From positions 18,171 to 82,170 of the forward strand of contig CAZJFL010000008.1 in the NCBI GenBank assembly GCA_964545575.1: a stretch of DNA of 64,000 nucleotides. Direction: 5' to 3'. A program made the position numbers and the translations under genes. The stretch is from an uncultured Planctomycetales bacterium (GTDB taxonomy: Bacteria > Omnitrophota > Gorgyraeia > Gygaellales > Profunditerraquicolaceae). Positions 1 to 8,417 of the stretch are shown here, piece by piece (within the stretch, counting starts at the first letter, position 1; every line of letters begins with the position of its first letter). The notes below the pieces were generated by a model, which was not told the origin of the DNA, searched no databases, and saw only the letters and a list, made by a program, of their open reading frames with translations.

Positions 1-2
1 AG

Positions 3-419
3 ATGAAGATTAAATATTTTTTGTTAGCGAGTATTCTGATTCTGTCTGGCTGTGCTTCAGCTGCTCGTCACAGCGACCTTACTCAGGATAATAGCACAGA
101 TAAGCTCACGGTAGGAAAGGTCCAGCGTGAAATTAAAGTCGGCATGGCTGCTTCACAGGTTATTGAGATATTAGGCTCGCCCAATATTGTCACCACTGAT
201 GAAGAAAGAAGAGAAGTGTGGGTTTATGATAAAATAGCTACTAATGTTTCATATTCTACCAGTGAAAGTGGGGCAGGAGTAGGATTAATAATATTTGGCG
301 TTGGTGGCTCCGGTAGTTCTGGAGCTAGATCTACTTCACAAAAAACATTGACTATAGTTATTAAGTTCGACACAGATAAAAAAGTTCGTGATTTTGCGTA
401 TCATTCCTCTAGTTTTTAA
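3..419 (+). CDS. Lipoprotein with SmpA/OmlA (BamE-like) domain
   Basis: Lipobox LSGC; IKVGM..QVIEILGSP..EVWVY..IKFD..KV pattern typical of SmpA/OmlA. Confidence 0.6.
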   Translation: MKIKYFLLASILILSGCASAARHSDLTQDNSTDKLTVGKVQREIKVGMAASQVIEILGSPNIVTTDEERREVWVYDKIATNVSYSTSESGAGVGLIIFGVGGSGSSGARSTSQKTLTIVIKFDTDKKVRDFAYHSSSF

Positions 420-429
420 AGGCTTTACT

Positions 430-990
430 ATGAGAAAAAAGTTTCTGTTTTTAAAGTTATTTGTTGTTATATTTGTATGTTTAGGAGTAATTGGTTGTTC
501 CAGTATTCCAAAAGGTTTTCTAAAGCCTGATGAGAATTATTTAGAAGCTAGACAATTGCAGATGAGGCAATACGATACGACTAACGAAGTGCAAATTGTC
601 ACTGCTGTGGCTGGGCTTTTACAGGATTTAGGCTTTACCTTGGATAATAGTGAAACAGATGTGGGTTTTGTGGCTGCATCTAGAAAAGCAGATGCAACAA
701 ACGCAGGACAAGTCGCGGGCGCTATTTTAGTCGATACCTTAGGAATTTTATTCGGCGGATATCAGAATGCTTACGGAAAAGTTGATTCTGTTCAGTACGT
801 GAAGGCCTCAGTAATTGTTAAGCCTAATCTTGAAGGAAACAAAATAGTGGTTCGGGTTACTTTTCAGAGAATAATTTGGAATATAAGTGGTCAAATTAAC
901 AGGGTAGAATCTGTTAAAGACCCAAAGATTTATCAGAAATTTTTTGATGATTTATCTAAAGCAATATTTTTGGAGGCTCAGAAAATATGA
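430..990 (+). CDS. Hypothetical lipoprotein (paralog of the next gene)
   Basis: ATG at 430 in the 388 ORF frame; lipobox VIGC; shares R.(L/I)Q.R.(Y/F)DT..QDL.F..D..DP..YQ.FF..L.K..FL.AQ with 987..1421. Confidence 0.7.
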   Translation: MRKKFLFLKLFVVIFVCLGVIGCSSIPKGFLKPDENYLEARQLQMRQYDTTNEVQIVTAVAGLLQDLGFTLDNSETDVGFVAASRKADATNAGQVAGAILVDTLGILFGGYQNAYGKVDSVQYVKASVIVKPNLEGNKIVVRVTFQRIIWNISGQINRVESVKDPKIYQKFFDDLSKAIFLEAQKI

Positions 991-1421
991 GTATACTAAA
1001 GAGATTAAGCAGTGTTTTTATTGCTATTCTTTTAATCGTTTCAATTTCCGGGTGCGCAACTACAGCTAGCAAAGCTTTTGAATCCAGCGAAAGCCAGGTT
1101 AAATTAAGAAGTATCCAAACGAGAGCTTTTGATACAACCGATAAGAAGAAAATGATGCAAACCGTAATAAGCACGATGCAAGATTTAGATTTCGTGATCG
1201 ATAAAGCTGACCTAACGCTCGGTTCTGTCACGGGTACTAAGTTCATCGGATATGCAACTATTGTGATGACCGTGACTGTTAGGCCTAGGGGCGAGAAGCA
1301 ATTATTAGTAAGGGCAAATGCCCAGTATGGAATTCAGTCCGTAGAAGACCCCGCAACTTATCAAGATTTCTTTACTTCTTTGGAAAAATCTTTATTCTTG
1401 ACAGCGCAGCAGGTTGATTAA
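987..1421 (+). CDS. Hypothetical lipoprotein
   Basis: Lipobox ISGC; ATGA overlap with the upstream paralog. Confidence 0.7.
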   Translation: MSILKRLSSVFIAILLIVSISGCATTASKAFESSESQVKLRSIQTRAFDTTDKKKMMQTVISTMQDLDFVIDKADLTLGSVTGTKFIGYATIVMTVTVRPRGEKQLLVRANAQYGIQSVEDPATYQDFFTSLEKSLFLTAQQVD

Positions 1422-1442
1422 AAACAAATTTTTATTATAGAT

Positions 1443-1478
1443 AATCCCAAGTTTCAAAAAGGCTTGGGATTTTTATTT
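1443..1478 (+). terminator. Intrinsic terminator
   Basis: AATCCCAAG/CTTGGGATT stem followed by T-rich tract after the lipoprotein trio. Confidence 0.7.
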
Positions 1479-1516
1479 AGTGAGGTTATAATATGGCTGT
1501 GAGAAGGGAGGTAGGG

Positions 1517-1855
1517 ATGAGTTCAACTACGGAAAAGGTATTCGGTTATATCCTGGTTTGTATCGGGCTGGTCTGTATATTATTTGCTTTCTATTCCGCA
1601 TATAATGTCTTTACCAACGCAGCCAATCCGCCGGAAGTGTTTCAGATGCGCAGTTTAGATATTGCGGTATCGCCTCCGGGAGCAGATAGCCAGCCTACGC
1701 AAATGACGATCAGCTTAGATGCGGAATTAAGAAAGACGGTGAATGTATTTTTATATTATTTGTTTATGCTGTTTATTGTAGTGGTGGGAAGTAATATCGG
1801 CAGTCTGGGGGTAAAATTTATCAAAGAGATAACGGTCAAAACGCCAAACCAATAA
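1517..1855 (+). CDS. Hypothetical two-TM membrane protein
   Basis: GGAGGT RBS before ATG 1517; two hydrophobic segments. Confidence 0.65.
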   Translation: MSSTTEKVFGYILVCIGLVCILFAFYSAYNVFTNAANPPEVFQMRSLDIAVSPPGADSQPTQMTISLDAELRKTVNVFLYYLFMLFIVVVGSNIGSLGVKFIKEITVKTPNQ

Positions 1856-1888
1856 TCGTTGCTCGGGGATTAACCTTCCCCATTTCCC

Positions 1889-1932
1889 AGGCGCTTTCCG
1901 ATCTAATCGAGAAAGCGCGCCGCTAAGCAGTT
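1889..1932. repeat. 44-bp hairpin repeat, copy A (degenerate REP/REPIN-like)
   Basis: 38/44 identical to 2610-2653; GCGCTTTC/GAAAGCGC stem. Confidence 0.7.
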
Positions 1933-1951
1933 AGGTTAAAAAGGGAGCTTA

Positions 1952-2611
1952 ATGATGAAAGTTTTACTTATATCGGTAAGCCCGCATAGGGAAAAGAGCA
2001 GTACATTTTTGTTAGCCGATGAAGTTCTGCGCGGGGTAAAAGATGAGGGCGCAGTTTGTGAGGTTTTGCACCTGGATAATTATAAGGTATTTTTCTGTAA
2101 GCACTGTGAGGCCTGTCATAGGAATATTCTGAAATGTTCATTGAAAGATGATGTTAATATGATTCTTCAGAAGATGCTTAATGCCGATGGCATAGTTTTA
2201 GCTTCACCTAACTACATAAATCAGGTGACTGCGTTGATGAAGGCGCTATTTGATCGCTCGGCTCACTTCATCCATTGTAAGCGTCTTTTGGATAAATATG
2301 TAGCAGGAGTGGTGACTTCCGGTAGCGGCCAGAATAAAGAAGTCTTGGACTATATCGCTTTCTACGGTCAGGTTTGCGGAGCGCAATATTCGGGAGGCGT
2401 TTCTGCTCTCCGGGAGTTTGGCGAGGAGAAGAAAGCCGAGGCTTTCAAATTAGGTAAAAAACTTGTGTCCGACATCAAAGATAAAAAACAGTACCCGCAG
2501 CAGATACAAACCATAGAGCAGGGAAAACAGCACTTAGCCCGAATCATTAAGCTGAGGAAGGATGATTGGCAAGAGGAATACAAATACTGGGCTGCAAAAG
2601 GTTGGCTATAG
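1952..2611 (+). CDS. Flavodoxin-fold iron-sulfur flavoprotein / NADPH-dependent FMN reductase family
   Basis: SPHREKSST FMN loop, CKHCEAC..C, ADGIVLASPNY, MKALFDR. Confidence 0.85.
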   Translation: MMKVLLISVSPHREKSSTFLLADEVLRGVKDEGAVCEVLHLDNYKVFFCKHCEACHRNILKCSLKDDVNMILQKMLNADGIVLASPNYINQVTALMKALFDRSAHFIHCKRLLDKYVAGVVTSGSGQNKEVLDYIAFYGQVCGAQYSGGVSALREFGEEKKAEAFKLGKKLVSDIKDKKQYPQQIQTIEQGKQHLARIIKLRKDDWQEEYKYWAAKGWL

Positions 2612-2653
2612 GCGCTTTCCAATCTAATCGGGAAAGTGTGCCACTAAACAGTT
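2610..2653. repeat. 44-bp hairpin repeat, copy B
   Basis: Direct-repeat partner of 1889-1932. Confidence 0.7.
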
Positions 2654-2661
2654 CAAAATCT

Positions 2662-3189
2662 ATGCTTCACCTTAATCCCAATTCCCTCAAAATCGGCTAT
2701 GTAATTTTAGTGGCGACGAGGAAACCGGCGATAAGGACGCTGCAGAGAAAGGCAGGATACGGGGAGAGTGCAAAGTGGACGCATGTGGCAGGGTGCCTGG
2801 GAGGAGTGACGGCGATAGAGGCGAATGTGCCGCGTTCGCACCTGATAGATCTAGAGAAAGAATATGTAAGCCGGGGTTTTGAGATCAAGGTGATGAAGCG
2901 TAAGGCTCAGAAAGCAGAGGAAAGATATAAGGTCGCGCTCTGGTGGGCGACGATGAATAATCTGCCTTATGACGTGCTGCAATTTTTCTGGTTTCCTTTG
3001 TCGATTTTAAGTGGTAAAATCGGTATAGTTTTGCATAATATATTCAGCAGCAGAAAAAGATTTCTCTGCTCTGAGCTGATTGCTACCGGATTCTATAAAG
3101 AAGGGGATTATTGTTTCGAGAAGCCGGCGGAAAATGTTTTGCCGGCGGATTTTAATAATCCGGGATTATTTGAAGAGGTAGATAAATAG
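2662..3189 (+). CDS. Permuted papain-like (YiiX/YebB-type NlpC/P60) protein
   Basis: His-before-Cys order: WTHVA..IEA..LPYD..FLCSELI..VLPADF; ATG at 2662 in frame. Confidence 0.7.
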   Translation: MLHLNPNSLKIGYVILVATRKPAIRTLQRKAGYGESAKWTHVAGCLGGVTAIEANVPRSHLIDLEKEYVSRGFEIKVMKRKAQKAEERYKVALWWATMNNLPYDVLQFFWFPLSILSGKIGIVLHNIFSSRKRFLCSELIATGFYKEGDYCFEKPAENVLPADFNNPGLFEEVDK

Positions 3190-3198
3190 GAGGAAGAG

Positions 3199-3540
3199 AT
3201 GAAAAAGATAATTGTATTACTGGTGCTGCTTCTGGCAGTGGCAGTGACAAGCGCCTATGCGCATACGCCGTCAGATATGAAGATTAGCTTTGACCCGGGG
3301 ACCAAGGTGTTAAAGCTGGTGATCATGCATGACACCCCTGATCCGGTTCTGCACTACATCAAGAGAGTGAACGTGGAATTAAACGGTAAAGAGGTCATTA
3401 ACGAAGAGTTCTCCCGCCAGGAGAATAATAAGAGTCAGACAGTCAGCTATACGATCCCCAATGCCAAGCCAGGCGATATTATTACGGTATATGTGCGTTG
3501 CAGCATCTTCGGAAGGTTGAAAAGAACGATTAAGATATAG
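3199..3540 (+). CDS. Exported protein, superoxide reductase/desulfoferrodoxin-like Ig fold
   Basis: Signal peptide ending AYA|H; H....HYI..V.V.LNG..GD.I.V..C..FG pattern. Confidence 0.5.
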   Translation: MKKIIVLLVLLLAVAVTSAYAHTPSDMKISFDPGTKVLKLVIMHDTPDPVLHYIKRVNVELNGKEVINEEFSRQENNKSQTVSYTIPNAKPGDIITVYVRCSIFGRLKRTIKI

Positions 3541-3557
3541 AGAAAGGAGGCAGTAAA

Positions 3558-3836
3558 ATGGCTAAGTTTTTCATGTACGGAAAGTATTCAGCGGAGGCGA
3601 TCAAGGGGATCTCGGCTGAGAGGACGAAGAAGGCAGTTGATCTGATCGCCAAGGCCGGCGGCAAGGTGAATTCTATGTACGCGCTGCTGGGAAAGTATGA
3701 CATCGTCTTGATCGCGGACTTCCCCACAGTGGCAGAGGTGATGAAGGCCTCGATAGAATTAAATAAGCTGACGAATATTTCCTTTACCAGCTTTCCTGCG
3801 ATCAGCATAGAGGAATTCGACAAGGTCACGGCGTAA
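3558..3836 (+). CDS. GYD domain protein
   Basis: GGKV.SMYALLGKYDIVLIADFP motif; AGGAGG RBS. Confidence 0.8.
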   Translation: MAKFFMYGKYSAEAIKGISAERTKKAVDLIAKAGGKVNSMYALLGKYDIVLIADFPTVAEVMKASIELNKLTNISFTSFPAISIEEFDKVTA

Positions 3837-3963
3837 GCTTCTCTCAAGAGGGGGCTTTAAAAAAACAAGTAATCCAGAAGCTTTCTGCTCTAAATAGGAA
3901 AGTGTCTGGTTTAGCTTAAGGGAATCACTGCAGCTAAATATTGCCGGGAAAGGAGCTAGCGAC

Positions 3964-4233
3964 ATGGAAATAAAAGTGCAAAAAGTTGGGGAAGATGAGC
4001 TGAAGAAGATGGGGGTCTTGGCATGGCCTATCTGGACAAAAGAAGTCTCGCGCTTTGACTGGCATTATGACTCGGTGGAGGAATGCTATCTTCTGGAAGG
4101 CGAAGTTATGGTAGAATCTAAGGATGGCAAAAGGGTGAACTTTGGCAAGGGGGATTTTGTGACTTTCCCCAAGGGCCTTTCCTGCGTCTGGGATATTAAA
4201 AAGCCCGTGCGCAAGCACTACAATTTCCGCTAA
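3964..4233 (+). CDS. Cupin (Cupin_3/DUF861-like) protein
   Basis: WPIW..F.W.Y..E.CYLLEGEV..GDFVTFPKGL.C.W..VRKHY. Confidence 0.85.
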   Translation: MEIKVQKVGEDELKKMGVLAWPIWTKEVSRFDWHYDSVEECYLLEGEVMVESKDGKRVNFGKGDFVTFPKGLSCVWDIKKPVRKHYNFR

Positions 4234-4246
4234 GGGGCTTTAGAGC

Positions 4247-4663
4247 ATGAAATCGCATAGCCAATACTTATGGTTTAATACCAAAAACCGGCAGGAGTTT
4301 ATCAATATCACGCTGCAGGTGGAAGAGGCACTGAAGAAAAGCGGGATCAGGGAAGGGCTTTGCCTGGTGAATGCGATGCATATCACCAGTTCCGTTTTTA
4401 TTAACGATGATGAAGCGGGGTTGCATAGCGATTTTAGCGACTGGTTAGAAAAGCTTGCCCCCTACGGCAAAGATAAATACCAGCATAACTTAAGTGGTGA
4501 GGACAACGGGGATGCGCACTTAAAAAGGACGGTCATGGGCAGGGAAGTGGTGGTAGCGGTTAGCGCAGGCAAACTCGATTTTGGGCCATGGGAGCAGATA
4601 TTTTACGGAGAGTTTGACGGAAGGCGTAAAAAGCGGGTCTTAATCAAAATTATCGGAGAGTAA
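4247..4663 (+). CDS. yjbQ: Secondary thiamine-phosphate synthase YjbQ family
   Basis: [37 protein letters not shown]. Confidence 0.9.
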   Translation: MKSHSQYLWFNTKNRQEFINITLQVEEALKKSGIREGLCLVNAMHITSSVFINDDEAGLHSDFSDWLEKLAPYGKDKYQHNLSGEDNGDAHLKRTVMGREVVVAVSAGKLDFGPWEQIFYGEFDGRRKKRVLIKIIGE

Positions 4664-4715
4664 GGACAAGGAGTATCCCGGTGAATCAAAATATTAAAGG
4701 AGGCAGAAGATAGAG

Positions 4716-5618
4716 ATGACGCATGCTTTAGAACACGGAGAAAAAGCGCAGATGACCGCCGTCCATAGCGCTATCGTAGCTTCGATGGTTATATTTTTGA
4801 TTATTTTAATCTGCGGTATCATGGCCGATTCTATAACCCTCCTGCTGGATGCTTCGGCGGAGTTTATTATTTTGCTTACTGCCTTTATCATGCGGGTGGG
4901 CATAAAAAAGATAAATCTGCCTCCAGATAATCTTTTTAATTTCGGGTATGATAAATATGAGCCTTTTATTGTGGTAATCCAGGGAGCGATGATAATGTTA
5001 TCCTGTGTTATTGCCTTAACCTTTGCCATCCAGGATATTATTCACGCAGACGATATAGTCCGATACGATATCCCGGTATTAGCTTCTTTGCTTTCCGGGA
5101 TAATCGCTGTGCTGGTCGCATTTTATCTGAAGAGAGTCGCCGTTAAGACTCGCTCGAGGGTATTAGGGGTTTCCAGCCTCCATTGGTTTATTGATAGCGC
5201 GCTGTCTTTTGCGATGTTCCTAGGTTTTTCCTTTGGCTGGTATATGTATAAACTGGGCTATTTCCGTATCACGCCTTACGTTGACCCCGTGATGGCGGTG
5301 ATCTTGGCGCTGGTCTTTGTCTGGACGCCGCTTAAGGCAATGAAAAATAGTTTTCGGGAGTTGCTCGACGCTACCCCAGAAAAAGACGTCCGCGACAAGA
5401 TAGAAAAAGTAATCGAAAGTCATAAGAGTAAGGTTTTCGGTATTCGTAGTATTCGTATGAGGAAGGCCGGGGAAAAGGTGTTTCTTTATATTTCTTTTAT
5501 TATTTACGGCTACACCACGATGACGCAGGCGCAGGAATTAACAAAGAGTTTCGAAAAGGACATTGCCGCGCTATTCCCCAAATATGATACCATCGTATAT
5601 TTTTATCCGGCGCAATAA
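4716..5618 (+). CDS. Cation diffusion facilitator family transporter
   Basis: Six TM segments, FNFGYDKYE loop, HWFID, DP..A motif and C-terminal IRMRKAG dimerisation domain. Confidence 0.8.
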   Translation: MTHALEHGEKAQMTAVHSAIVASMVIFLIILICGIMADSITLLLDASAEFIILLTAFIMRVGIKKINLPPDNLFNFGYDKYEPFIVVIQGAMIMLSCVIALTFAIQDIIHADDIVRYDIPVLASLLSGIIAVLVAFYLKRVAVKTRSRVLGVSSLHWFIDSALSFAMFLGFSFGWYMYKLGYFRITPYVDPVMAVILALVFVWTPLKAMKNSFRELLDATPEKDVRDKIEKVIESHKSKVFGIRSIRMRKAGEKVFLYISFIIYGYTTMTQAQELTKSFEKDIAALFPKYDTIVYFYPAQ

Positions 5619-5703
5619 AGTCAGGAATCAACAGAATCCGGGAGAGTTTCTTTAGATGCCAGGTTAGGCATTTTGGCACTTTCAGAGAAAGGGAGAGAAG
5701 GAA

Positions 5704-6204
5704 ATGGAACCTTTAGAAATACTTAAGATAAGAAGAAGTATCAGGGAATACTCGGATGAGAGAATAGCAAAAGATTTTTTAGAGAAAATAGTAGAGGCAG
5801 CCAGGTTTGCCCCCACTGCCAGAAATGTCCAACCTTGGGAGTTTATTGTCATCACCGAGACACCCACCTTAAAAAAATTCGCTGAATTAGCCGAGAACGG
5901 AAGATTCCTGGCCCAGGCCAAGGCCTGTATTGCGGTATTTTGCGCGGAGACAAAATATTACTTGGAAGACGGATGCGCGGCTACTTGTAATATCCTGCTT
6001 GCCGCGGCTGCCTTGGGTGTTGGTTCCTGCTGGGTTGCCGGGGATAAGAAACCTTATTGCGCCGAAGTTGCTAAAATTTTAAATGTGCCTATCGCCTATA
6101 AATTGGTGAGCTTGGTTGCTTTAGGTTACCCTAAATCCAAAGATAGTTTTCATCCTGCAGAAAAAAGAGGCTTAAAAGAAGTGATCCACTGGGAGAAATT
6201 TTGA
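5704..6204 (+). CDS. Nitroreductase family protein
   Basis: RRSIREY, APTARNVQPWEF, LGVGSCW, LGYP. Confidence 0.9.
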   Translation: MEPLEILKIRRSIREYSDERIAKDFLEKIVEAARFAPTARNVQPWEFIVITETPTLKKFAELAENGRFLAQAKACIAVFCAETKYYLEDGCAATCNILLAAAALGVGSCWVAGDKKPYCAEVAKILNVPIAYKLVSLVALGYPKSKDSFHPAEKRGLKEVIHWEKF

Positions 6205-6458
6205 ACGGCAAGAAAGGGTTCGTTTCATTATTGGGGCTGGTGATAACTTTGGGGATAATTTTATTTATGGCTTATGTTTTATTGAATAGTTATCTTAAGA
6301 TACCGTCAGCCGGGCGGGGAATTGATAATAGCGATATTATGCCGCAAACCGCTACACCAGGCATTCCTTACCGCTCTATTGTGGACAGCACTAAAAGCAC
6401 CTTAGAGAGTATTGAGAAAGAGCATCAAAAGCAGCTGGATGCCGCGGTAGGGCATTAG
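6201..6458 (+). CDS. Small membrane protein with prepilin-like N-terminus
   Basis: TTG start overlapping the previous stop; KKG|FVSLLGLVITLGII. Confidence 0.5.
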   Translation: MNGKKGFVSLLGLVITLGIILFMAYVLLNSYLKIPSAGRGIDNSDIMPQTATPGIPYRSIVDSTKSTLESIEKEHQKQLDAAVGH

Positions 6459-6478
6459 AGCAGGAAAAGGGGCAAAAA

Positions 6479-6916
6479 ATGAATATTAAACGGATAATAG
6501 CTAAGGAAGGGCTGATTATTTTAGGATTGTCTATTGTATTATATCTTTTTATCTTTCTTTTTCTAAGAAATATGCCTGTTGCATTGCCAAAATACAGGTT
6601 GGAATTTGCTAACGGAGAAATACGCACCATTATTATAAATCCGGAGATCCGCAATGATTCTAATTATAACAAACTTTTAGAAGAAGCATATAATCCGCCG
6701 CCAAAACTCATTGAGAAACGCATTAAAGAATTTATAAGGGCGGGTAATATTAAATCTGCCTTAAAAAGCTCAAGCTGTATAAATTCTTACCAGGTTTATA
6801 TATCTAAATTATATAGCTACCTTCTCGGCGTAACATTTATTTTAAAATTAGCCATTATCTATCTTATTTTGCTATTCGCCCGCTTCGCCGTCTGGGCCCT
6901 GAGAACATTGAAATGA
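6479..6916 (+). CDS. Hypothetical two-TM membrane protein
   Basis: Hydrophobic N- and C-terminal segments. Confidence 0.6.
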   Translation: MNIKRIIAKEGLIILGLSIVLYLFIFLFLRNMPVALPKYRLEFANGEIRTIIINPEIRNDSNYNKLLEEAYNPPPKLIEKRIKEFIRAGNIKSALKSSSCINSYQVYISKLYSYLLGVTFILKLAIIYLILLFARFAVWALRTLK

Positions 6917-7050
6917 AAATTTGGCCGCTTACTAAGATAAAAAGAGTTACAAAGAATTTTTTAAAAGACTCCGTAAATTACGGAAAGTCGTCTATCGGGA
7001 TTTTGTCGGTGATTTGCGCTAAAATATGCCTAAATCCCTTGTCGTTTTGA
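6913..7050 (+). pseudogene. 5' remnant of the methyltransferase-like gene at 7891
   Basis: 6916-6996 is 71/81 identical to 7894-7974 and in the same reading frame (MKIWPL.KI..KNFLKD.VNYG.SSI). Confidence 0.55.
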
Positions 7051-7090
7051 AATAGGAGCGGTATAATTAAAAAACAGAAGGGAGACGGTT

Positions 7091-7453
7091 ATGGTTAAAA
7101 TTTTAGTTGTAGATGACGAAAAGGACATAGTTGAATTTTTCGGCCGTATTCTACGCAGAGAGGGATTTGAAGTTTTCACTGCTAGTAGCGGAGAAGATTG
7201 TTTGAGGATGGCTGAAACAGGGCGCCCGGATTTGATACTGCTTGATATAAATATGCCCGGAATGGACGGAGGGGTTATCAGGTGTAATTTAGAAAAGAAC
7301 GAAAAAACAAGGAATATCCCCATAATATTCTTAAGCGCTTTGGTTACCAAGGAAGAAGAGGGAAACATCCAGGGGCATTTATTTATTTCTAAATCAACCG
7401 GCAAAGAAGAAATTATTAAAAAAATAAAAGATGTTTTAAACCTAAAGAGCTAA
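7091..7453 (+). CDS. Single-domain response regulator (CheY-like)
   Basis: ILVVDDE, PDLILLDINMPGMDG, FLSA, FISK. Confidence 0.9.
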   Translation: MVKILVVDDEKDIVEFFGRILRREGFEVFTASSGEDCLRMAETGRPDLILLDINMPGMDGGVIRCNLEKNEKTRNIPIIFLSALVTKEEEGNIQGHLFISKSTGKEEIIKKIKDVLNLKS

Positions 7454-7595
7454 TAGTTAAACCGCCCAACTTACCCTTATCGGTTTATTGCTTGGGCAGT
7501 TTTTTAAAAGCCGAGTGAAGAAGCAAATCAGTAACCCCGTCTCCTCAAATAAAGGAGCAGTTTCAATAAAGAGAAATGGATTTTGTGGGCGCAAG

Positions 7596-7856
7596 ATGGA
7601 AAAAATTATTATTGCCTTACTGTTGATCTCGGTAATTAGCACACCCTGTTATGCAGTGAATATTGTTGATGTGCTATTATGCAAAAGAGTCGTTCTCTGT
7701 GCTAACCATATGGCTGTCTTAGTAAATCGCATAACCAGTGAAGTCAAATATCTATTGTTAAATAATGGGCAATGGGTGTTTCTTAGGGGAGCACAGAAAG
7801 CCCAATGCCAAATGATGTATGAGGCTCAAATCGCTTTAAAGCTGGTGTGTCATTAG
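7596..7856 (+). CDS. Hypothetical exported protein
   Basis: ATG 7596 then signal-like MEKIIIALLLISVISTPCYA. Confidence 0.5.
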   Translation: MEKIIIALLLISVISTPCYAVNIVDVLLCKRVVLCANHMAVLVNRITSEVKYLLLNNGQWVFLRGAQKAQCQMMYEAQIALKLVCH

Positions 7857-7890
7857 ATCGTAGTAAGTAATCCCTATCCCCAGTTAATAA

Positions 7891-8373
7891 ATAAAAATTT
7901 GGCCGCTGGCTAAGATAAGAAAAGCGATAAAGAATTTTTTAAAAGACCCCGTAAATTACGGAAGGTCATCTATCAAGATGCTGATTTCGTTAATTCAGGA
8001 TAAGGCCCTTGGCATCAAAGCCTGCGCTTACTATTTCCCGCAAGACACCTTAACTTTCGTTGATGCCGCCAGGATCAACCTCAGGAAAGCAAAATCAAAT
8101 CATACGCCCGTTGAGATCGTCGATAGCGATGCCGCTGTGTTTGAGGCTAAAGAGGGGACGGTGTTTTTTATGTTTAATCCTTTCGGAAAAATGACCCTGG
8201 AGAAAGTGATCAAGAATATCCGGCAAAGCCTGCTCACAAACCCGCGAAAGACCCACATAGCATATTATTGCCCGGTATATAAAGATTTATTGGATGCGTA
8301 GGATTGGTTAGTTTCCAAGGGGGAAATCGAGGAAAGCGGAATTTTCCTCTGGCAGAGCAAAGGAAAAATTTAA
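7891..8373 (+). pseudogene. Degraded class I SAM methyltransferase-like gene
   Basis: ATA in place of ATG; no glycine-rich SAM motif I; DAA..VFFMFNPFG retained; internal TAG at 8299-8301, then 23 more codons to TAA. Confidence 0.6.
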
Positions 8374-8417
8374 TATAGCTTAGGTTGCTATAGAAGTGTC
8401 CGTAAAGAAGAGCTTTT

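Noticed and set aside
1-8400. Integron cassette array (many short co-oriented genes; GTTAGGT after the first hairpin)
   Set aside because: No integrase; no consistent RYYYAAC..GTTRRRY attC sites; the repeats fit the REP family better.
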